Below, one piece after another: positions 52,778-64,000 of a stretch of 64,000 nt of DNA. The position numbers and the translations under genes are program-made. Every line of letters begins with the position of its first letter. The stretch's first letter is position 1. The stretch is from Trichoplax sp. H2 (Eukaryota). Below the pieces are notes generated by a model that worked only from the letters and a program-made list of their open reading frames with translations, was not told the DNA's origin and did no database searches. The stretch lies in NCBI GenBank assembly GCA_003344405.1, contig NOWV01000014.1:806001-870000 (forward strand), given 5' to 3'.

Positions 52778-55700
52778 CTGTATTTAACGGAAGGAGTAAA
52801 ATAAAACGTTTAAATTTACACAAACACGTAACTGCAGATGAGATAACTTTGAAGGATGATTTATAGTACTGCATATTTGAATTGAAGTAATAATTTTACA
52901 GTATTATAAAACTGTATCCTATATTTCTTCTTCTAGCTAGATAATGTATTTGCTTATTTATTGACGTTTAAAGTCCAGTTGCAGTGATCATTTCGTAAAT
53001 TTTTAATTACTGTAATTAAATGTGTAAAAATTTTAATATATATTAGTTTTTGCTGAGTTTAGGTATCATAGCGAAATTACTAGAATGGAATGACTTTTGC
53101 CGGTAACTATTTAAATGGCTTTTGCTATAGCGGTCACAGCCCTGTAGAAGCACGATAAAATAAACTTTTTTTCTCTTGCGCTATGACCGAATATTCTAAT
53201 TACTACTATTATAGTGTATATTATGCTATATTTATGTTAGAGTGCATATTAATAAGATGTATTATCATATACTTTGTGTTATTAAAAGCTTCGCAACACG
53301 ATAACGTAATGTACGATCAATAAGTCGATTTCGTGATCCACGTATCAGGGAGCAATAGCTACTCTCTCAGAAGTACTTTTCTTATTATACTAGACTACAA
53401 AAAAGACTTAGACACTTCGTATCTTACGTTAAACGCAAATCTTAACAACTCTCTTTATAATACGATATATCGCATTTATATACTCTTTTACAGTAGCAAA
53501 GACATCCGGGTTAGTAATATTAACATTGAAACCTGCTAATGAATCAAAAGCTAATTTTATCTACTGCTACCTAATGAAGACAACAATATATACAATCTAC
53601 CATAAGTGGGTTACAATCACAGTAATTTCAATTGTAAGAAGACTATACGCGATTCCCTAATTAAACTGCTAATTTCAGTAAGCTGTATCTATATATAGGT
53701 TTCGGCCAAAACCCGAAGTTGGCATATTTATATATAAACTAACATATGTATCACCATTAAAGCTGGTGCTATATTTAAATATCACATATCTAACTTAGAA
53801 AGTCTTTAAATAAGGGTAAATCAATAAAATTATCCTAGCATAGATGTTTTCTACTATAATCTTGATATTACAGTGTATAACACTGTAATACCTATTATAG
53901 CATGTAATGTCTATAGTGTATTTCAGATTGCTACTGTGTGTTTGCGTTGATTCGATATTACCTGAATTTATTATGCCACAAGCTTGCTATTGTTACAGCC
54001 TACATAAACATCATAATTGATCATAGTTACTGTAGTATTTAACACTTGTTCATTTTAGGTATTTAATATGAATTATACTACGTATACTAAATGATCCTCT
54101 CTTCTACAACTTGCTATTATATTACATTATAAATGTAAAAGGAATACATATATAAGCGGACTTATTCAATCAATAAAGAGATAATAGGAATACGTAGTTT
54201 ATTTTATAATAACTAAAACTACTTGTTCCATTTCCTTTCTCCGATGCTAATTGAAAGCGGTAAGAACTTCCCATAAGGTAGCTAGCATTAACTCTAGACA
54301 AGAAGACGCAACAATTGCTACGCTTTTGCTTAATCAAAGCTGATAGCAGCTTCAGTATTATAAGATCTTAGATCTGCAATATGATAATCTAATGAGTAAG
54401 CTTATCTTGAAGCTCTGATTTTACATGTAAAAGCTATTGTAATAATAATGTAGTGCAGCAAATGATAGAACTTGCTGTAGGCATACAGCAGTATGCACAC
54501 ACAAGCTACTAGATAGTAGATCATTAACCATAGTTGGAGTTTATGTCTATTATTAGCTTAAGAGCCTAGCATTATTAGGAACATGTGCATTATCCTCATA
54601 AAGGAATAAAGAAATAAAATAGATTGGATTATCATATACATATAGTATATTTAATTTTCTATCATTGTAAGTCGAATTTAAAGTAAAATTAGCTGAAAAG
54701 ACTCAATTAGATTAATAAGCAAAGCTAATTAGTCGATATGACAGAAAAAAAGAATAATAAATGATTCTTTGTAAGTATATATGTGCATAAGTGACGTTAA
54801 TAATGCAGCTATTCTAGGCTTTCAGGGATTTTTCTAATGATTTAATTTAGATCTTTTATTTGCAACAGTAATTACTATAATCTGGCTAGATCATAAATAT
54901 TAAATTGTGAAATTATGTCAAGTCGGCATATAAGTTAGAAAAATCATACATGGCACATTTACTTATCAATTCTTGCATATTTCTTTTCTAGCTAGCTACA
55001 ATATCCTTATCATATTCGAATTTTCACTCCTGAATTGTAAATTAAGCACTTAAATTAATTTAGCTTCAATTTAAAGGGAAAAAAGCTCTTTAGTAAGGCC
55101 TCGATGATAAAAAATAAGATGCGGCATTCATTGGAAGGGGATTGGTAGTCAAAGGTATTACTTTTAGGCCTTAAATGATCGATTGTTGCTAGTGGATGAT
55201 GTAGTGGCGATAGCTGTCGCCTTAAGCGAGAATGTAGGGCGCCTTGTCAGGCGACATCGGAAGAAGCATATTAAGTATAACGCTAAATATATATTTAAGC
55301 TAAATATGGAAATCTATAGATTAAAATGACATTAAACAACTTGACTGAGGAAAAGAAATTGGTAAACATATCTGTCTACATCTTGTAATGAAAGATGCAA
55401 AGACTGACTTATTTAAGCCAGAGTTCAGACTGAGTTCTAACTGAGTACAGGTTACGTTATCCAAATTTGTAACTACGATATTCTATACTAAATTAAAATA
55501 CCAGCAATAAACTATCTTTATCGGCTAACTTTTGCAGACGATATATTAAATGACCTTTATATTATAACTATAAGAATAGTACCTCTTACAGTATAGTTAG
55601 GACAAATTGCTTTATAGTTGTATAAATTACTTTTTCAAAGCAAATCCGGATACCTATTTGCAAATTAAGTAGTAGTCATCTAATCAATCTTTAATACCCT

Positions 55701-56827
55701 ATAGTATTCATAGCGATAGCACTATTGACGAAGAGAATTACAGCGCCAGTACAGAGTTTGAAAATTATGTTAAGATGTAATATACGCACTAGAAAACCAT
55801 TGCATGGATATATATTATTTAGAAATCAATTTGCAAATGACAAAATCTAAAATTAAAGTCGTTTGTTATATAATTTAGTCAAATTTAATGAGTGCCGGAA
55901 CTTCTTAATTGATTTCACAAAAAGAACTTTTAGAGTGTATTATTACTTCCTTAACCATCGTATATTTCTTGCCATAAGAATTGATGCAATTACGATAATA
56001 GAATGATTATATTATGATCGAAATTAAATTAATCTCTTTAGATTTAGCAGTTTAATTAATTTACTTTATGTGATAGAGGGTCCAATGAGTCTGCAGATGT
56101 GGACTCCCCAGGCATTTCACAATAATGATACGAGGGGCTATTAGAAAGATATATTTATTATAGAGAATAACTAGGTACTGTTTGGTAGTTACTGGTAGAT
56201 CAGCGTGTAAGCTGTTGTGAAGTAACGTGTGTAGATATAAACACTACCAAATGCAACTGAACAAATTTGAAACAGAAATCATCAGTTTTTATAGCTTTCG
56301 AGAGAGGAGACATGCAGAGAACAGGATTGTAGAATTAGATACATTATATACCAAAAACAGGCTATTTAATTGTAAATGATTGTAGGAAATAGCGAAGACT
56401 GTAGGTACTATACTGTAAATAATTGAACAGGACAAGCTATATTTGAGCATAGTTGAAATAGACTGTAGAGGTATCTATATTCAGAACATAGCAAAATGTC
56501 GATATTTAAGGACATGTCTAAAATCTACAGTGAAAATTCAACACACTACACTTTAAATTTCTTGGAATTGATTTTACGATATGACAGTAAAATTATCGCA
56601 TGCAAATTGCATTCGAATCTTAGTACCGATTAGTCGTAGATTTTAATATTTAATATGATGGAATATAGGACGAAGAGCATAAAAAAAATATCTAATACTG
56701 TGATTGAAGAAAAAATTTTTAAAATAATTGCTGTATCTAATTCTATAGAAATTTGCATATTTAATAATATGCTCTAACATATAGGTTTAACTTCCAAAAT
56801 AAAAGTTCTATGACTTAATATAGGGAA

Positions 56828-56855
56828 ATGAACGTATTATTTCTAATACGTTCAT
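56828..56855 (-). other. Perfect 12-bp stem with GAAA tetraloop in the putative 3'UTR of gene A
   Basis: Minus strand reads ATGAACGTATTA-GAAA-TAATACGTTCAT, about 70 nt after the stop codon. The stem can extend through GGGG/UUCC pairing. Confidence 0.6.
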
Positions 56856-56926
56856 CCCCTAAGAACAGATATAGATATTAAATACTGTATCACTGAGCAA
56901 TAGAAGTAAAAGTAAAAGGGATAAAA

Positions 56927-59900
56927 TCATAGATCTTTATCTTGTACGCCAAAACTCGGGTTTTCGCGAGCAGTTTTATAATCTGGATCTTCATAGGAAG
57001 GCGAATATACAAATGTAGTCTTAGTTGCAGATTTTTCTGAAACATTAATATAGGATATATTTTTAAGATCGAAATAGCGTATAAGATTATGTTGCTGTTT
57101 TGGTTTACAAGTTTGTACTACGATTTACAATCTTTCGGACTTAGCCGAATTTTTTATGGTAACTGACGTACAGTTTTACAGTAAATGTCATCTTGATGTA
57201 TGTTACACAAAGGTCAACATGCAATAAAGAATTTATTTCTCACTGTCTGATTTGTGTTAATTTTGATAAATACTAAAGCTTTTGTACAATTATTGACTAA
57301 TCGAACGTTCTATCAAAATTGGTGATGCAGTCAGTACATGAGGATAAAACTACTGATTCCAGCAAACTTTTGACATTAACCATTCACATTTTATAATGAA
57401 TAACCACTTACCCAATGGGTTTGATGTTTGCAAATTGCGGCATGGCAAGACTTTATGGTGTAATATCCTACATTTCACACGTATAAAATAGTTTTACAAT
57501 AACTTTTATGATTTTAAAAATTTTTTTCATTGAAATTGCGTATTTAAGGAAATGAATAAAGTAGAATAAAGTAGAATTCAACAAGACCGCTGTTGCATCT
57601 ATAATAAAAGACAATTATTTAATGACCTATGAATGCTATTTACCCTTTCTTCTTCAGGAATATTATTATTCCAATAAAAACTAGCGTAGCACTGATACAT
57701 CCAATAGCAATTCCAACATAGCTTCCAACTATGATTTAATGATACAGGTAAAAGTTTATTTTCAACATAATTTCATCATAGGCAATTATATGCGCTACTG
57801 CGCAAACAAAAACTCTATAATCTATTTTAGATACCGTATATTTAGGATTGGTAAAAGTTTTATTGTCTTTGTTATTGTTATTATATGAAATGTTTTAGCG
57901 TTTTATACAAAATATGCTTATAATGTTATAAATGCAGTACCATTTTGCGCTATTGAACCTTGACAGTTGTCTCCTCCAAATCCTCCTGAGCAGCTAAAAT
58001 AGAGCATTCAAGCATAGATTCTTTTAACATAAAATCATTTTTAAATTGTAATTTAGCAGTTCAATTGCACAAATTGTAGCGTAAAATGGTGTCAACAGAT
58101 ATATGATATATAAAGTATTGATGTTACTGAGAAATTTCTTTCCAATAAGTATTTTAAGAAAATTAAAGCTTGAGTCCCTCGAATACTAGATATATCTAAG
58201 ATAATGAGTAACTTTTAAAGATAGCTACTGTACTGCTAAGTAATTAGGTAGCGTAAGCTTTAGATAAGTATCCAAGTAGCCAAAATTTATTAATATTTTC
58301 GGTACCTGCAACTTGGTTTTTTATTGTTCATATTACATTGACCATTGTTACTGCAATATTGCGGTGAGCAAATGAAACCTGTAGTATGATAATTGACAAT
58401 TGTAACTGTTGTCTAATATTAATAAATAACTTTATTTCTGTTAGAAAAAGAGAAATTTATTTAGTTAACCAATATATTCCGGTTAGCATACTTATTTCGT
58501 AAAGTGTGGTTTTCAAAACTTGATTACTAGTAGGATTATGTACAAGGCATGAATAGGCACCGTTATCACCTATAGATAATGGACTAAAAACGAGATAGGA
58601 TGTAATTTTCGATTTCAAATCGCCGACAATATTAGTGATATTGGTTGTATTTCCAGGCGCAAAAGTAATATTATTTTTGATCCATGTGATGGAAGGCAGA
58701 GGGCGCCCAACTGCTTGACATTGTAATCTGGCGTAGGAGCCAACCATAAATTGACTAATGTTTGAGGAAATAGATTGAATCGCTACTGGAACAGCTAAAA
58801 TACAAATATTATATCAATACGCTATGATCATAACACCAGTAATAGGTCTGCTTGCTAAGACGGTAAGTATATATATATATACTACTAACGTGTTAGTTGG
58901 TTTTCGCAATTATTTCCAGCGTATAAAGGACCACAACTAGAATTAGAAGATTTGCATTATGAGTAAAAACTGTGCGGTTTTCAATATCCGGACGGTGGAA
59001 ATTAAATCCTGACAGTACGTAAACGTATTAGCCTGTACATTCTCATAACTCCGCTATTTAATTGCCAACGTTGATATCAATCACATAAAAGCTAAGAAAA
59101 GCTATTTCTAAAAGTGAATGTATGTGTCATACTGTAATAAAAGAAACTGGTGCTTGAAAGATTTACTAAAAATTTCGAGTAAAAATTTTAAATTCAGGGA
59201 TATTAACTGCAACCTGATGCTGCTTTGACGCTTATCATTACCTGCATACAGGACCAGAATTAGTTTGATAGCATTGGCCTTGTAAATTACAAAATGCTGG
59301 AGAACACGTAATCTCTATAATGCAGTATAAAAATAATTAATTGTGATATTAGCATTTAATCATAATTTAAACTTGATAGAATCTTCCAAATAAGATTATT
59401 TCTATAATAAACATTATGCGAAGGTATACGTAAAAATCATGTACTAGCTGTATGCTAAACCTTCTGAACTTACGAGGTATCTACGTAATATTCAATTTCA
59501 AAGAACTTACGTAGATTCACAGTAGAACTATTAATAGTAATCTTGCTAATTTCATCAATAGCCTGACAGTAGTAAGTGCCTAAATCAGTTGGAATAAGAT
59601 TTCTAATTGCTAATACCACTGACGTAACTTCATTAGAATTGGCGACTACAGGAAAGATTTTGATTCTATTTCCAGCTATAACTTGTTTGCCATTATGATA
59701 CCAATTAATCTTAGGTCTTGGTCTTGCTTTAGCTTGGCATTTTAGACCAACGTAAGATCCGATTAAATATTGGGAGACATTTGCTTGTGCCACTACCGAA
59801 TTAAGAGGAAGTTCTAAAAATGGTATCAAGATTGCCACATTAGTTGCAATTATAGCCTTAAGTATATTTGTGAATCTTAGATTGTTATGTAATATTTATT

Positions 59901-62900
59901 AGAATTATCACTAATACACATCTAAAGATAACTTTACTGTAGCGGTACCTACTACATTAATTAAAAAAAACATACTTGGTAGTGTGCTCTCGCAATGATT
60001 TCCAGTAATTCCAAAATCACAACTATTGCAGATAAGGGACAAATAGATATTAGTATGATTTTAAGCGTAAACTCTATTTACAGGCGACTGAAATAAGAAA
60101 TTTAACATAATATGCTATTAAACAGGCAACAAAATTTGCTTAAACTGCTTTCTATTTCTTGGAATCAATCAATATCAACTTTACCTGCACTGCAGTAAAT
60201 CGCTGTCAGTTACGCTGCTACATATTCCATTGCCACTGCAAAATTTAGGTGAACATGCCATTTCTTTTACATGTAGCGTATGAGCGTAGATTATAAACGA
60301 AATGTTATTTTTCTTTATTAGTCTGCAAATTCATCAATGAGTTACTCAAATTTAAATTTACTTACGAATGGAGATGGTAGGGCTCTTAACTGCTATACTT
60401 CCATTATAATTACCAAGACATGTATAATTTCCGTTGCTTTCTAACTTATTGATGGACAGTACAGATTGTGCAAGCGTGCGATTCGAAGATGACGTAGATT
60501 GAGGAATAATTACGATATTGCTGCTATTTGCTAGTGGAACTCCATTTTTAGACCATGTAAGTATTGATACTGGTCTTGATATCGCCTGGCATGTTAGTAG
60601 TACGGAAGCACCATATTCGTAATTGGAGGTATTACTTTGAACCGCTACGTTACTTAAGTAAATTTCTATTAGAAAAATCGGAAGGCAATGATTTAATTTG
60701 CTATTGATTAAAACGTATCACGAAAAAGCGCTCAATAAATTAAAAAACTCTTTATCTCAATTATGACAATGGCTGTAAATTCTTAAGAACTGAAATAATT
60801 CCAGTTGTTCTATGATGCTTAATTAAACCTTATTATTGAACTTAATTATACTAAAGCTAGTAGAGATAAGTAGGCTTATTTACCTGGTAGTTCTGACTCA
60901 CATCGAATACCGGTATGACTCTGATCACAACTAGAACATATAACATAAAATAACACGAGGCCTGTAAAATCAAATGTTATGACGCTAATAATTATGGAAA
61001 TCCAAGTTTCAGATAATGCTAGTATAAGAATATACTGGCTAAATTCTATGAATAGAAATTAGTAAACCAAAATATGAGGAACTTTAACAGATTAAGGAAT
61101 ACTGTCACACCTCTAAAATTGTTACGCTGTATGCTAACACGACTGCTAACTCTTCAACAAATCAAGAAGTTTACGAAAACAGCTCACAAGTATACTTTTT
61201 ATTAGATCTGATATAGAATTTATTCGATTTTTACCTGCATTGAGGTGTATTGCTATTACCAACATTGCTACAGCTTCCATGTTCGTTGCAAAATTCCGGC
61301 GAACATGTTAATTCTATTATATTTAGCAAAATTAAATCATATAATTTGATTTCACATTAACAGTAAAGTTAATATTTAATAATATTACAGTAGCAATAAA
61401 ATCAATATCAGATGAGTAGATATAAAATGGCATAACTACAGGACATTTTATAAATTAAGATTTGTAGTAAAATAATTGCTTAATTATAGCGATTGCAGCA
61501 CTCAGTAAAATCGTGCCACAAATTTATATAACCTACCAGGTAGCTTAGTCTCACAGTTACGTCCCGTATAGCGTTGATTGCAACTGCGTATATAAGAAGA
61601 TATAGAAATAAGTTATTTTTCGTACTAACAGTTACAAAGAAAAACAGCAAGTGCATGTCATATATAAGTAAAATATTTGGTTTACTGTAATTAGAAAGTT
61701 TGTCTAACTTATATTTCCTAATTTTATGTAAGTAATATCCTTCAACTCGTACTAGTGGTTGGAAACGTTAATGCCATAATGAAGGAAAATTTAGTTTCAT
61801 CTCAGTTATGTATTACGATATATGGCCTTAAACTTGCATCCTATGATTAAAGCTTACCTGCATGTCAATTTATCACCGTTAGAAACTGGACTGCATGCTC
61901 CATTATTGTTACAAAAGTCTGGCGAGCACCTCATTCCTATTCAAAATACCATCAAATACGCGATTTATGAAGATGATTGAGACAACTACTCGGTAGGAAA
62001 TATACTTTATCCTAGATGTCTCATTCTGCTTACTAAGTCTAAATGGAAAACTTATGATTGGCGAGCCTGCACCGTCATTCTGACTTTTGCATCTGTAGTT
62101 CCCGTTATTGTACAACTTTAACCCGGAAAATAATAGAGTAGATTGCGCAAATGTAGAATTGCCAGGTATTGTCAAATATGTGAAGTTGATGTTGATTCCA
62201 CCGATTAAATCCACAAAATCTGAAGTCCATGCAATTTCTGATATAGGGCGTGATATTGCTGTGCAAGTTAGTGCCACATATGCACCTTGCACCAAGTTAG
62301 TAGCGGTAGTGTTGCTTTGGATGGTTAGACTTTTTAAAGGAATATCTTTAGCAGAAATTTATAGGAGAATATGAGAATACAACACCAAGATAACTTTGAA
62401 TGAAACAATATAATGTTGTTGATACGGTAATAAAACTTATAATAAAGTGAGTGAAGGATTTATTTAGTTACCAAGTTACGCTAACTAGATTAATTTATTA
62501 AATCAAAGATACAAATTGCCCTTAAATTGCAATTTGAGAATCTATACCTATCTAGATAAAATACCCTATATACGAAACTGATACACAGCTTACCTGGAAG
62601 TCGAGATTCACAGTTTATTCCCGTATAGTACAGCTCGCAACTAAATTATATCATATGGGCTAGATTAGTGTATGCTGATATCCATGGAAGTTATTTTGGT
62701 AAAATATTATATTATAGTAAATAATATGATCAGCTATAGATATTACATAGATGAAAATTGTTTGTTGGTAGTAAATTAGTGTAAGAGTATAGCACTTGAT
62801 TACTAATTATGAAGAATTTTTTATGAAATTCATGTTCTACTGTTTTTACCTGCACTTTGGTAAACTACTGTCGGTATCGTTGCTACATGTCCCATGACCA

Positions 62901-63912
62901 TTACAGAATCCTTCTGAGCATATCATCTCTATAAATTTAAAAATTAAAAATTAAAATGTTTTCAGATATCAATACTGACTGTTCTGACATGCAGGTCAAT
63001 CATCAGCTTAATTATTTTTAAGCTCTTGTCAGAGAGAAAATTGCTGCAGATTGCTACCAAAGTTATTTAATTGCTATTCGTGCATTATACAATATTCTAC
63101 GTACTTGCTTGCTAAAAATTTCATTAGAATAACTTACTAATAGTGACGGCAGTACTTCGTATTATTATACCCATAGCGGTATAATTTCCAATGCATTTGT
63201 ATTCGCCGTCGTCGGCCAATTTCAAATTATTCAAAATTAATTCCGATTGCGACATTGCTAGGTGAATAAACGAGTATTGGACAATCATATTGCTGCCATC
63301 CGTTATTAGAACTCCATTTTTAGTCCAAGTGAGTTGACTTAAAGGACGAGATACCGCCTGGCATGTCAAACTAACATTTATCCCATAAATGTACGTAGCT
63401 GTATTACTTTTGACTTTAACAGCGCCTAGTGGAATATCTAAGGTAGATAAATATGTTATGAAATATGAATTATAATATTAATCCTGTAATCAGTGACTGT
63501 AGTCACACAAAATGGATGCATAAACGATAAAGAACATCAAAACATAACTTTATCTGAATTGTACCGTAAACTTAATATACTTATATTACGAACCCGGTAG
63601 TTTAGTTTCACATCGAGATCCAGTATAATAATAATCACAGCTGTTTATAATAGGAAGGCAAGTCAGCGTTACAAGTTTGCTGAATGTCAATATCTAATAA
63701 TGTATAATAATTTTCTGACAGTACTATAGTTAAAAATAATCGATTCTGTAGATTATATAGCTATCGTTCCGCAAATCAGAGATTTAGTTAAATATATCGT
63801 TGGAAACGTTGACAGTATTAAGTAATTTACCTGCACTGGATTTTGATGCTTCCACTGTTGACAGCACTACAAATTCCACCATTGTAGCAATATCCTGGCC
63901 AACAATTTAATC
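56927..63912 (-). CDS. Gene A: 3' part of an Ig/EGF-repeat type I membrane receptor (5 Ig and 7 split EGF in the window, TM, NPSF tail); continues past the right edge
   Basis: Ig ~63137-63437, ~62034-62346, 60366-60665 (missed by the ORF track), ~59511-59814, ~58492-58794. Two-exon EGFs, e.g. 63831-63912 + ~63595-63641. TM 57644-57728 (GSYVGIAIGCISATLVFIGIIIFLKKKG). Tail 57412-57467 and 56927-57036 (..YSPSYEDPDYKTARENPSFGVQDKDL*). Splice sites and cysteines were intact wherever checked. Confidence 0.9.
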
Positions 63913-64000
63913 CTATCTCAACGTAACATTGGATTTTTAGGATAAATTTTAAAATAATTACTATATATCGATAATATTACTTGTAAAAACATTTGAATTA

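Noticed and set aside
53962-53999. Phase 0-2 exon-like segment (AVTIASLWHNKF) that could join B's orphan half-EGF
   Set aside because: It has no EGF cysteines and is out of phase with the candidate leader exon; probably chance.

Overview
AT-rich, intron-rich animal genomic DNA with short GT-AG introns; the style suggests a placozoan such as Trichoplax, but that is inference. The window is a head-to-tail, minus-strand cluster of paralogous multidomain cell-surface receptor genes, reconstructed by hand from splice sites and exon phases. Gene C (21685-~43150) is nearly complete: 7 EGF, then 13 SRCR interleaved with 16 EGF, then 5x(Ig + split EGF), TM, and a short tail with LDNPVY. Gene D (<1-14796) is a domain-for-domain paralog of C that runs off the left edge. 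Gene A (56927->64000) is the Ig/EGF-TM-tail end of another paralog that runs off the right edge. Gene B (47884-52777) is a 5'-truncated Ig/EGF-TM copy with two broken splice sites and two lost cysteines. A decayed copy of C's TM, tail and 3'UTR lies at ~19390-20385. There is also a solo LTR with a 5-bp TSD (105-688), several MITE-like relics and a 3'UTR hairpin. The plus-strand ORFs are antisense shadows or noise. No RNA genes or CRISPR arrays were seen. Coordinates marked ~ are approximate.
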